A stretch of 64,000 nt of DNA from Candidatus Melainabacteria bacterium (GTDB taxonomy: Bacteria; Cyanobacteriota; Vampirovibrionia; Vampirovibrionales; Vampirovibrionaceae), in NCBI GenBank assembly GCA_050247195.1, contig JBFWUP010000007.1, forward strand, positions 56,836 to 120,835. Reading direction: 5' to 3'. The notes under the pieces were generated by a model. It saw only the letters and a program-made list of their open reading frames with translations, was not told where the DNA came from and did no database searches. Position numbers and translations under genes: made by a program. Positions 20,001 through 28,196 of the stretch are shown here, piece by piece; within the stretch, counting starts at the first letter, position 1, and the number at the start of each line of letters is the position of its first letter.

Positions 20001-20171
20001 TTATTGATTTCCTGGTAAACCAGGCAAGCCACCACCAGACCCGCCACCGGAGTTTCCACAATTACCATGTCCGGCGTATACGGGCCTACCACCATTCTGT
20101 TTGTTACGCGCCTGATTGGCCCGGTTCTGACCAAAACTTGCAGCCGAAGAATATCCAATGCTCATTGACAT
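20001..20171 (-). CDS. small peptide gene, member 2 of the FG / C-terminal GLPGLPGNQ family (not in the ORF track)
   Basis: Hand-translated 56 aa MSMSIGYSSAASFGQNRANQARNKQNGGRPVYAGHGNCGNSGGGSGGGLPGLPGNQ; SD GGAGAT 7 nt upstream; terminator downstream. Confidence 0.6.
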   Translation of the reverse strand: MSMSIGYSSAASFGQNRANQARNKQNGGRPVYAGHGNCGNSGGGSGGGLPGLPGNQ

Positions 20172-20282
20172 ACCAATATCTCCTCATTTCGTGTGTTCTA
20201 ACAACCAACCTTGATGGTTATATAAAAACAAGCAAATAAATTTCGGTGTTACTTCATTTACATAAATATAAAAAAACGGCAC

Positions 20283-20306
20283 CGATATACGATGCCGTTT
20301 AAACAA
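20283..20306 (-). terminator. rho-independent terminator candidate
   Basis: AACGGCA…TGCCGTT stem; T-run on the minus strand (A7 at 20272-20278 on the plus strand). Confidence 0.45.
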
Positions 20307-20318
20307 ACTGAACTTTGA

Positions 20319-20564
20319 CTATTGGCAACCAGGAAGACCTGGGAGGCAAGGTTGTGTTGTTGTCGTCACAACAGTCGTCGCGGGTGGCTTGCCATGGTGT
20401 CTTGGGGGTCTGTTTCCACGGCCAGGTCTGTTGCAGGCTTCAGCTACACCCGCTCCTAAAGTACCCACTGTCAACAATGCTCCCACCCCGGCTGCTGCCA
20501 TTTTAGAACGAGCACTGCGAAAAGCACCAAACTCAATGGAAGGGGTGTTCATCCCTACGTTCAT
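20319..20564 (-). CDS. small peptide gene, member 3 of the family (C-terminal LPGLPGCQ)
   Basis: 81 aa with a hydrophobic AAAGVGALLTVGTLGAGVAEA segment, a poly-Thr stretch, and …QPCLPGLPGCQ-stop; SD AGGAG 8 nt upstream. Confidence 0.6.
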   Translation of the reverse strand: MNVGMNTPSIEFGAFRSARSKMAAAGVGALLTVGTLGAGVAEACNRPGRGNRPPRHHGKPPATTVVTTTTQPCLPGLPGCQ

Positions 20565-20983
20565 AGGTCAACTCCTGTCTATATTTTCGTGTAACTACAA
20601 TATGGATCGTGAAGACCCACGCTGCTGCTTCTCTGAAGAACCACTTAAGTATGAAAACCACCACGGCAGCGCCATTGTATCTAACGGGAAAAGCCCGGGT
20701 CGGTCAAGGGTAAAACAGCCAACCGGTGCGTATTGAAAGGTAATGCACCCTATATTGCCATATGTCATCAGGGTTAATCATGCCCGATGCCGCTGAAACC
20801 CCCGTATTCTTTCGGTTTTGCCCGGTTGTGGCTTCATAATGCTTAACAAACCTATATATTCCGTGTGTCCCCGCCGAAAACCCATGGTGAACGGATATGG
20901 CCATGGTTAGGCTGGGCGCCCCGTGATAGGCGGGGGCCACCCTTCAGGAAGAAGCACTCAACGTCCAGAGAGGAAAGACGACG

Positions 20984-22030
20984 ATGCGCTGGAATGATTT
21001 GATGATGACGACCCGCATGGGCGCGCGCCCGCTGCTGAGACCCGGTGTACAGGCCGGGGTGACCGCCATGGAGTACGCCCTGCCCATTGGCCTGGTGGTG
21101 GTGCTCACCATTCCCGCGCTGGGCGCCCTGGGCGATATGACCAACGGGATGTTTGGCGGCATGCTGGGCATCAGCCAGCCTGCCCCGGCGCAGGAGATTG
21201 CCAGCGCCGAAGAAGTGATTGGCGCGCCGTCTCAGGCCGTTGACTCCGGCGATGTGTCCACCGAAACGCCCAGTGACCCGGCCGATGTGGGTGCAACCCC
21301 GGCCGACCCCACCCCCGCACCAGCCACCTCACCCCCGCAGTCGGTCCCCAGTAATGTGACGGTGTCCTTTGACCCGGCGACCGGGATGATTAAATACACC
21401 GGCTATGACGCCGCCGGCAACAAGATCGAAACCACCGACGCCAGCGGCACCGAACTCACGCTCTACATGGCGCAGATGTTGGAAAACCTAGCGGCCACAG
21501 CAACAAAAGACAACGGCCAACCGCTGCCGCCAGCGATTATTGGTTATATTAAAGACTTGGCTAATAAGGGCTATGATTTAAGCTCAAAAGAAAAAACTGT
21601 TGTTGATAATAATACGCTTGAAATTAGAAATACAATCGATTTAGATGCTCTCTATGGTCCAGCGGCCCAAAGAACTGCTGAACAAAAAGCTGAGATAAAT
21701 GCTCAATTTCAAGATATAACCGATTTCACTTATTCGCTTTATTACATGAAACAAAGCTATGACGCATTGATGAGTTATGTTGGGAATAAAAATGGTTATA
21801 CTGAATTAAAATCCCAGATAAGTTTGTATTCTGGAGTAATTAGCAGTGTAGGAATTCAGAATTTTCATATGCAGCAAACTGCTAACCAAACGACAGGGTC
21901 ATCCACTTTTTATAATTCATATGGTTTTGGAAGCACTGTTAACACCTCAGCCGTGAGCTTAGATATGTCCCCCATCGTCACCCACATTGAGTCCGGGAAT
22001 ATCGAACAAACGGCCAACCAGGTGCCGTAA
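20984..22030 (+). CDS. protein with a Flp/Fap-pilin-like class III signal-peptide N-terminus and a low-GC-encoded C-terminal domain
   Basis: N-terminus …RPGVQAG|VTAMEYALPIGLVVVLTIPALGALG matches the Flp prepilin G/xxxxEY plus hydrophobic-stretch motif; SD GAGAGGA; the 3' half (21.5-22.0 kb) is about 35% GC. Confidence 0.6.
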   Translation: MRWNDLMMTTRMGARPLLRPGVQAGVTAMEYALPIGLVVVLTIPALGALGDMTNGMFGGMLGISQPAPAQEIASAEEVIGAPSQAVDSGDVSTETPSDPADVGATPADPTPAPATSPPQSVPSNVTVSFDPATGMIKYTGYDAAGNKIETTDASGTELTLYMAQMLENLAATATKDNGQPLPPAIIGYIKDLANKGYDLSSKEKTVVDNNTLEIRNTIDLDALYGPAAQRTAEQKAEINAQFQDITDFTYSLYYMKQSYDALMSYVGNKNGYTELKSQISLYSGVISSVGIQNFHMQQTANQTTGSSTFYNSYGFGSTVNTSAVSLDMSPIVTHIESGNIEQTANQVP

Positions 22031-22051
22031 GGCCGGGTAAAGCAATACCAC

Positions 22052-22082
22052 AGAGCGCTCCGGTTCCGCCGGGGCGCTTTGG
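22052..22082 (+). terminator. terminator candidate after the Flp-like gene
   Basis: GCGCTCCGG-TTCCG-CCGGGGCGC imperfect stem followed by TTTGG. Confidence 0.4.
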
Positions 22083-22418
22083 TCGTTGGGGGGCAGCTCG
22101 CAGCGTCAGGCCAGGGCGTTCAGGCGTCGGCCTGCGTCGACGGGCGGGTTGGCGGTAAATTGGAGGCTGGGTTCAGGTCCATCTTTTCCTTCATCCCCCT
22201 CACCACCTGAAAAAAAAGGAGGTGCAAGCATTAAAGAGATATTATTGAGACTTGTCATAAGATCACCTTCAGTGTTGGGGGGGAACTGTCCTAAACCACA
22301 ATATAGAACTGACTTGACTTTTAGTCGCAGAGTGTTAATAACTCGTTACATGAACGGTGATAATGGTCTGCATGCGTTTTCATGCGGTTAATGGGGGTAC
22401 CATCTCAGGAGAGTTCAT

Positions 22419-23324
22419 TTGGGGGTTCAAGGAACAACCACCGTATTTACCTATGGTCAGCAAGGCAATCCTCATATGTTGCCGTCTGTCCGGGAGATTG
22501 TGCCGTTTAGTCCGAACAAAACTATCGAGGACGTTTTCGAGAAACGCTTCGCCATCTGGACAAGTCGAGTCGCCGCTGGGAAATTTGTGGATAATTTTAC
22601 AGGTAGGGGTTTGATTGATTTTGAAAAAAGGAATTCTTTCATAAAACAGTATGACAAGATTCACAATCCGACTTTGTCAAATTTCCCAGACCTTGCGGAA
22701 AAGGCTCTCGGCTTCAATCCTCACAGTTATTCTGGCCTTTTCAGTATTCGAAGCAAGCGAGATATGACCTTCTCTCACCTGAAAAGTCCGAAGTCCTATG
22801 TGAGAAAAGTACGGTGGAATTTTAAACCGCTTGGCCGACATTTATCTCCGAAGAATATTGTCAGTAACGTTCGATCTGGTCAGTCAATTTTTGCTTTCGG
22901 TTGGCGGGAGTACCTGAAAGAGACCGTGTGGCGCCAGAATGTGGAGCCACTGAAAACCATCTGGGATCCCAACGCAAAAGGGCTCGGCAAAGTCAGCGGC
23001 ATGGGCCTCGGTCAGCTCTTCGGCCTCAGCCTCATGGGTCTGGATACCGCCCGGGCGGGCGTCAGCGCTTATCGTCAGGCGGAGCTGGAAGGAAACAGTC
23101 CACTGGTGGCGGCCACCAAAGCCACCGCCAGCCAGGGCGCCAAAAACATCGTCATCTGGGAGGTCGCCGGCGCCGGATTTGCTCTGGGTCGCAAACTGCT
23201 GCCGGGCTTTCACCTCGGCAAGCCTTTCGGGCGCTTTGCAGGCAGTTACATCCCGCTTGGCGGCTTCGCCCTCGGCACACTCATGGCCAGCGGCGTCAGC
23301 AAGCTCCTCAAGCCGGACGACTGA
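22419..23324 (+). CDS. hypothetical protein, paralog B of the inverted pair
   Basis: 301 aa; TTG start with SD AGGAGA 5 nt upstream; C-terminal half near-identical to paralog A; the middle of the gene is AT-rich. Confidence 0.65.
   Translation: MGVQGTTTVFTYGQQGNPHMLPSVREIVPFSPNKTIEDVFEKRFAIWTSRVAAGKFVDNFTGRGLIDFEKRNSFIKQYDKIHNPTLSNFPDLAEKALGFNPHSYSGLFSIRSKRDMTFSHLKSPKSYVRKVRWNFKPLGRHLSPKNIVSNVRSGQSIFAFGWREYLKETVWRQNVEPLKTIWDPNAKGLGKVSGMGLGQLFGLSLMGLDTARAGVSAYRQAELEGNSPLVAATKATASQGAKNIVIWEVAGAGFALGRKLLPGFHLGKPFGRFAGSYIPLGGFALGTLMASGVSKLLKPDD
22866..23324. repeat. right arm of the ~460-bp inverted repeat (3' half of paralog B)
   Basis: Reverse complement is about 95% identical to 18204..18665. 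Confidence 0.75.
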
Positions 23325-23677
23325 GATTCAGGCAATGAGGTTCAGCGCCTGCGTGTTCAGGTCACTCGCAACGCCCATCAACCCGTTGCCCCCAAAGCCC
23401 ATCGCGCCGGCCGGAGCGGACGAACCCCCGCCAAACGTCCCGAAGGTGATGGCGATGTTCTGGCCAATCAGCTTGCGCAGCCCGCCCAGAGAGGCGGATG
23501 TGGCGTTGAGGCTGAGGCCATTGATCATGCGGAAGTGTTCTCTCTCATGCTCTGAGTGAATCAACACTTAGTCTACGGCCCGATTACCGGGTGCGCGCGA
23601 CCGGCGTGATAATTCTTAACAGACCGGCCTGCTTGGCTTACAATGGCGGGGCATCCTGAGAGAAAGGAACCAACACC

Positions 23678-25105
23678 GTGGCCGATCCGAAAACCATGTA
23701 CCAGAAGATCTGGGACGCCCATGTCGTCCGTGAGGAGCCCGGCCAGCCCACGCTGCTTTATATTGACCGCCACCTCATCCATGAAGTCACCTCACCCCAG
23801 GCGTTCCAGGGCCTGCGGGATCGCGGCATTTCCCTGCGACGCCCGGACCGCACGTTCGGCGTGGTGGACCACAGCATTCCCACCACGGACCGCAGCCTGC
23901 CGATTGCAGATGCCCAGGCCGCCGCGCAGATCAGCCAGTTTGAACAGAACTGCAAGGAATTTGGCGTGCATTACTTTGGCCCCACCAGCGACAAGCAGGG
24001 CATCGTCCACGTCGTTGGCCCGGAGCAGGGCCTCACGCTGCCAGGCATGACGATCGTCTGCGGGGACAGCCACACCGCCACCCACGGCGCCTTTGGCGCG
24101 CTGGCCTTTGGCATTGGCACCAGCGAGATTGAGCATGTGTTCGCCACGCAGTGTCTGCAGCAATCGCCCAGCAAAACCATGGCGGTTGTTGTGGAAGGCG
24201 AGGTCGGCCCCTTCGTCACCGCCAAGGACATCATCCTGGCCGTCATCGCCGAAATCGGCATGGATGGCGGCACGGGGCATGTGATGGAATACATGGGCTC
24301 AGCCATCCGCGCACTCAGCATGGAAGGCCGGATGACCCTGTGCAACATGAGCATTGAAGCGGGCGCCCGCGCCGGAATGGTCGCGCCGGATGCTGTGACC
24401 TACGAGTACCTGAAAGGCCGCCTGTACGCTCCCAATAAGCTGGAACGTTATATTGAGCACTGGGACACCCTGCGCTCCGATGAAGGCGCTGTGTATGACA
24501 CCACTGTCACGCTGCGCGCCGAAGACATTGAGCCGATGGTCACCTACGGCACCAACCCCGGCATGGCGGTCGGCATTTCCAGAACCGTCCCCACGGCGGA
24601 AACATTATCCAGCGCGGACGCCAGGGCGGACCTCAGTGATGCCCTGAGCTACATGCAACTGCAACCGGGCGCCCCGGTGGCCGGTACGCCCGTGGATGTG
24701 GTGTTTATCGGTAGCTGCACCAACAGTCGCATTGAAGACCTCATCGCCGCTGCAGACATCGCGAAAACCGGTAAAGTTAAAGCCGGGTTACGAGCGCTGG
24801 TGGTCCCCGGTTCTTACCCGGTTAAAGTCCATGCGGAATCGCTGGGGCTGGACAAAGTGTTTACCGATGCCGGTTTTGAATGGCGCGAACCCGGATGCAG
24901 CATGTGCATCGCCATGAACGGCGACCAGATTGCCCCGGGGCAGTTGTGCGCCAGCACCAGTAACCGGAACTTTAAAGGGCGTCAGGGCCCGGGTGGGCGG
25001 ACAGTCCTTGTCAGCCCGGCCATGGCGGCGGCGGCGGCGCTGGCAGGGGAACTGGTGGATGTGCGGACGTGGTCCGCCCGGAAGGAGGCTGTGTCTCATG
25101 CGTAA
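23678..25105 (+). CDS. leuC: 3-isopropylmalate dehydratase large subunit
   Basis: Aconitase-family motifs (…[10 protein letters not shown]…, Cys ligands …[10 protein letters not shown]…SMCIAMNG…); GTG start with SD AAAGGA. Confidence 0.9.
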   Translation: MADPKTMYQKIWDAHVVREEPGQPTLLYIDRHLIHEVTSPQAFQGLRDRGISLRRPDRTFGVVDHSIPTTDRSLPIADAQAAAQISQFEQNCKEFGVHYFGPTSDKQGIVHVVGPEQGLTLPGMTIVCGDSHTATHGAFGALAFGIGTSEIEHVFATQCLQQSPSKTMAVVVEGEVGPFVTAKDIILAVIAEIGMDGGTGHVMEYMGSAIRALSMEGRMTLCNMSIEAGARAGMVAPDAVTYEYLKGRLYAPNKLERYIEHWDTLRSDEGAVYDTTVTLRAEDIEPMVTYGTNPGMAVGISRTVPTAETLSSADARADLSDALSYMQLQPGAPVAGTPVDVVFIGSCTNSRIEDLIAAADIAKTGKVKAGLRALVVPGSYPVKVHAESLGLDKVFTDAGFEWREPGCSMCIAMNGDQIAPGQLCASTSNRNFKGRQGPGGRTVLVSPAMAAAAALAGELVDVRTWSARKEAVSHA

Positions 25106-25706
25106 ATTCACCACTCTGACGGCGCGTTGCGCGCCCATTAACCGCAGCAATATTGATACGGATCAGATTATTCCGGCGCGTTTTCTCAAAGGCACCACAA
25201 AAACCGGCCTGGGCAATGTGCTGTTTAACGACCTTCGGAACGGGAAGGACGGAAAGCCTGACCCCGCCTTCGTACTGAACAAACCGGCCTATCAGGGCGC
25301 ACAGATTCTGGTGGCGCCGTTCAACCTGGGCTGTGGCAGCTCGCGCGAGCACGCCCCATGGGCGCTGACGGATTATGGATTCCGCGCCATGATCGCCATT
25401 ACGTTTGCCGACATCTTCCGCAACAACAGCCTTAAAAATGGGTTGCTGCCGATCGCCCTGCCGGAAGCGGTGGTCACAAAACTGCTTGCGGATGCCGAAG
25501 CCGATCCGACGCTGGAAGTCAGTATTGATCTTGCTGCCCAGACGGTGAGCATACCCGGCCAGGGTGATTTCCCGTTTGAGGTGGATCCCTACCGGAAGAC
25601 CTGTCTAATGGAAGGGCTCGATGACATCGGCTATACCCTGCAGCACCTGCCCACCATTGAGGCCTATGAAGAGGAGCAGGACGCGTTCATCCGGACGCTG
25701 GCTTAA
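25098..25706 (+). CDS. leuD: 3-isopropylmalate dehydratase small subunit
   Basis: ATG at 25098 overlaps the leuC stop; SD GAAGGAGG; …[14 protein letters not shown]… LeuD signature. Confidence 0.9.
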   Translation: MRKFTTLTARCAPINRSNIDTDQIIPARFLKGTTKTGLGNVLFNDLRNGKDGKPDPAFVLNKPAYQGAQILVAPFNLGCGSSREHAPWALTDYGFRAMIAITFADIFRNNSLKNGLLPIALPEAVVTKLLADAEADPTLEVSIDLAAQTVSIPGQGDFPFEVDPYRKTCLMEGLDDIGYTLQHLPTIEAYEEEQDAFIRTLA

Positions 25707-25788
25707 AGCCGTTATCCCCACCGGGGGGTTGGCTATGCCGGAATGCTGTTTGATTTAAGCTGGGGATGTTGATTGAGGCTTTGCGCTA

Positions 25789-26003
25789 TGCAGGTCACAA
25801 CCTTTACAGGTCAACCACCAGTCTCATCTGGCTCTCAGCCCGGATTTGGATGCTGGATTCACTTACTCACTGGAACAGCACTGAGTGGTGGCGGTTATTT
25901 CGGTGCCTGGCGAAAGGGATTGGCCCCGTCCCCAAAACAACTCCCTTCCTTATTTATGCCCACCCCAAAATCTGAGAGACAAGGACGACGTCGTACACGC
26001 TGA
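25789..26003 (+). CDS. possible small ORF with an MQVTTFTGQ N-terminus
   Basis: 71 aa; the N-terminus resembles that of the 27507..27671 peptide (MQVSFGNN); weak SD; low confidence. Confidence 0.25.
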
Positions 26004-26050
26004 ACGCAGCCAATACATCGCTTCTGCCTCCCAATTACGGTGGGGCAGCA

Positions 26051-26815
26051 TTGTGGCGCACTCCTGTCCGGGAATCTGACCTGAGAGACGGAAACGGGAA
26101 AGTAATTGGGCCGGTGCCGGATTGGCGACGCCTCGGAGTGGCGGCTGGCTTATTCACGCTGGGCATGATGACCCACCAGCTCCCCGTCCGGGCCCGGCCT
26201 GGTAAGTCCCTGCTGCCCGCAGATTGGAAAGCGTTCTTCCGCATCGGCTCGGGGATTGTTGCCGTTAACCAGCTCAACAAAGCCATGGACTGGCATCCTT
26301 CCACCTGGCAGGGCGCATTGGAAGCGGTCACCGTCATCAACCCGCTGGCGCTGGGCATCAGTAACAAAAGCGTTGCACAGATGGTTGTAATGGCTCCGCT
26401 GGTGACCGGCGTGGTGCAGGCTGCGACTTTTCTGAATGAAAAGGTCACCGAACCACTCAAAGAAAAACTTCACATTCCCACACCCATCACCCGTCTGGCG
26501 CTTTCGCTTGGGTTTGCTGGAATCGGGATTATGGTCTATCCGCAGATTTTTAAGGTGGTGGCGCACAGTGGGTTGCTGGGCAGAGGAATCCGGGAGGAGG
26601 TCCTGGCTGGCGGGGCCGCCGCTGTGGCGGGGTCCGCCATGGTCACCTGTGCACGGGGATGTTCACCCGGCAGTGTGGTGTGTCTGAGCGAAACCGCCGA
26701 AATGATGGGCGGGATGGCCAACTGGTTTAAGTCACATTTTGGTCATGGCACATCTGGCAACAGCAACAACTCAGTATCACCCAGCTTAGCGGCGGGAGTC
26801 AGCGTGTATGCCTAA
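26051..26815 (+). CDS. hypothetical integral membrane protein
   Basis: 254-aa ORF with several hydrophobic segments; the true start may be the internal MMTHQ. Confidence 0.45.
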   Translation: MWRTPVRESDLRDGNGKVIGPVPDWRRLGVAAGLFTLGMMTHQLPVRARPGKSLLPADWKAFFRIGSGIVAVNQLNKAMDWHPSTWQGALEAVTVINPLALGISNKSVAQMVVMAPLVTGVVQAATFLNEKVTEPLKEKLHIPTPITRLALSLGFAGIGIMVYPQIFKVVAHSGLLGRGIREEVLAGGAAAVAGSAMVTCARGCSPGSVVCLSETAEMMGGMANWFKSHFGHGTSGNSNNSVSPSLAAGVSVYA

Positions 26816-27200
26816 CGCACTCTCTCAATCTATGACCGCAGGCCAATCCGTGGGCACATCAATCAGAACAACCCTGTCCTTTGGGCAGCAGGTGGAAATT
26901 CCACCCACACCGGAACACGTGCCGGAAAAATTCAAAACCGTCTGGGGGTCTCTGCCGCCCTGCTGCCGGAGCTTTTACCTCAACCCGGGCAGTGGCTGTT
27001 GCGCCGGCATGCCGGAGCCTAACGCTGCCATGATGGCGGTGCATAAAGCCAACGGCACAACCCCGCCGGCCGCTGAAACGCCAGCCTGCACACAACCCTC
27101 ACATGGCAGCTTATGGGCCGTAGGCGACTGGTTCCGGTATCTGGGCCGCGGCTTTGGCCAGGATATGAAGCGCATTTTCCTCGGCCGCAAGGAAGATTAA
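26808..27200 (+). CDS. hypothetical protein with paired-Cys motifs (PPCCRSF…GSGCCAG)
   Basis: 130-aa ORF; start overlaps the upstream stop. Confidence 0.4.
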   Translation: MPNALSQSMTAGQSVGTSIRTTLSFGQQVEIPPTPEHVPEKFKTVWGSLPPCCRSFYLNPGSGCCAGMPEPNAAMMAVHKANGTTPPAAETPACTQPSHGSLWAVGDWFRYLGRGFGQDMKRIFLGRKED

Positions 27201-27222
27201 AGTTAATTAAAGGTTAAACACC

Positions 27223-27453
27223 ATGTTTAGGAATATCTTTGCACCATTGAGAGCAATACATCTTGATCCGCGATTTAATGTGCCGGTTCATGAATTGCCC
27301 GGCCAACCGGATAGGTTGGTTAGTTTGGGCCTCGCCAACCGGCGTTCCGGATTCAAATCGGATACACACTGGGTTCCCGATCGTTTGCATCTGACCGGAC
27401 TCGGTCAGGCAGTAGTAAGAGCGCTGATGCCGAGAGCTCGCAGAAGAAGATAA
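27223..27453 (+). CDS. small basic hypothetical protein
   Basis: 76-aa ORF followed by a strong hairpin terminator. Confidence 0.3.
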   Translation: MFRNIFAPLRAIHLDPRFNVPVHELPGQPDRLVSLGLANRRSGFKSDTHWVPDRLHLTGLGQAVVRALMPRARRRR

Positions 27454-27462
27454 ACCAAAAAG

Positions 27463-27490
27463 CCCCGGTCAGTGACCGGGGCTTTCAATA
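27463..27490. terminator. bidirectional rho-independent terminator
   Basis: GCCCCGGTCAGTGACCGGGGC stem with T-runs on both strands. Confidence 0.5.
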
Positions 27491-27506
27491 AAAAGATGGG
27501 TTATGG

Positions 27507-27671
27507 CTAGCCGCAGCAGCCGCCGAATGTGACTTTATCAGCATTCAACACTTTGGGCAGTTTAATGCCAAACTGGGGAGATTGTGGTTGATGTACTTGA
27601 GGTGTAACAGCATTATTGGGCTGACCATTGTTAATGGGCAGAGTAGGATTGTTACCGAAAGAAACTTGCAT
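27507..27671 (-). CDS. small FG-motif peptide (54 aa) ending …KVTFGGCCG (not in the ORF track)
   Basis: Hand-translated MQVSFGNNPTLPINNGQPNNAVTPQVHQPQSPQFGIKLPKVLNADKVTFGGCCG; SD GGAGAGAGGA; its 5' UTR shares AGAGAGGACA with the 19593..19871 gene. Confidence 0.55.
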   Translation of the reverse strand: MQVSFGNNPTLPINNGQPNNAVTPQVHQPQSPQFGIKLPKVLNADKVTFGGCCG

Positions 27672-27703
27672 GAGACTTGTCCTCTCTCCGATAGAACTTC
27701 ATC

Positions 27704-27733
27704 ATTTTAGCCTCTGTACACGGAAATGTCCAA
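27704..27733 (-). promoter_or_regulatory. sigma-70-like promoter candidate for the 27507..27671 peptide gene
   Basis: -35 TTGGAC, 18-nt spacer, -10 TAAAAT, read on the minus strand; about 30 nt upstream of the ATG. Confidence 0.35.
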
Positions 27734-27953
27734 TGATTGTATGCAATCTGGCGCAATAAAAAAGGGCGCCCTGAAGACGCCCAATGTCATGGGTTTAGTG
27801 AGTGGGTACGTTTCGAGGTTCCAGAGTAATTGTTAACGCTGCGGGGCTTCCCCGCAGCAAACCATTCATTCCTGTCTCTGTGTGCTCTCTGGCATTCACG
27901 GTTGCCGCATAATGCTGATGACGGTTACCTCATGAAGAATGTTCCATGCCAAA

Positions 27954-27975
27954 AGGGATGCCCCCAAGGGCATCC
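27954..27975 (-). terminator. rho-independent terminator after the Asn-rich peptide gene
   Basis: GGGATGCC-CCCAA-GGGCATCCC perfect 8-bp stem followed by TTTTGG on the minus strand. Confidence 0.5.
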
Positions 27976-27998
27976 CTATGAAGCGGATTCACCGGGCC

Positions 27999-28196
27999 TC
28001 AGGCCAACCGGTTGACACGATTGGTGTCATGGTTTCGGTTGTTATCGTGGTTTCTGTTCCCGAAGGTGACGTTGGTATTGTTCTTGTCGTTCACAGGATT
28101 ATTATTTCGGGTGTTATTGTTACGGCCGAAATTCACATTATTGTGATTGCCGTTATTCCGATTCAACGGATTCCAGTTCATTGCGCCGGTCATCAT
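27999..28196 (-). CDS. Asn-rich small peptide (65 aa, about 35% Asn) with NFG/TFG motifs
   Basis: MMTGAMNWNPLNRNNGNHNNVNFGRNNNTRNNNPVNDKNNTNVTFGNRNHDNNRNHDTNRVNRLA; SD GGGAGG 8 nt upstream of the ATG at 28196; own terminator. Confidence 0.55.
   Translation of the reverse strand: MMTGAMNWNPLNRNNGNHNNVNFGRNNNTRNNNPVNDKNNTNVTFGNRNHDNNRNHDTNRVNRLA

Noticed and set aside
19593-20564. Interpreting the GLPGLPGNQ tails as collagen-like or sortase (LPXTG) signals
   Set aside because: There are only two G-X-Y triplets, which is too short for a collagen helix. There is no hydrophobic or charged anchor after the motif as sortase or PEP-CTERM substrates require. The motif abuts the stop codon.
22086-22391. 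101-aa ORF between the Flp-like gene and paralog B
   Set aside because: It spans a terminator hairpin and an AT-rich promoter region, has no RBS, and is not conserved-looking. It is likely spurious.
27290-27370. tRNA-like GGATTCAAATC… T-arm-like string
   Set aside because: No acceptor-stem pairing or D/anticodon arms can be drawn. It sits inside a plausible ORF. No tRNA or rRNA is called anywhere in the window.
27830-28015. 61-aa plus-strand ORF overlapping the terminator of the Asn-rich peptide gene
   Set aside because: It overlaps two hairpins and the 3' end of a better-supported minus-strand gene, and it has no SD.
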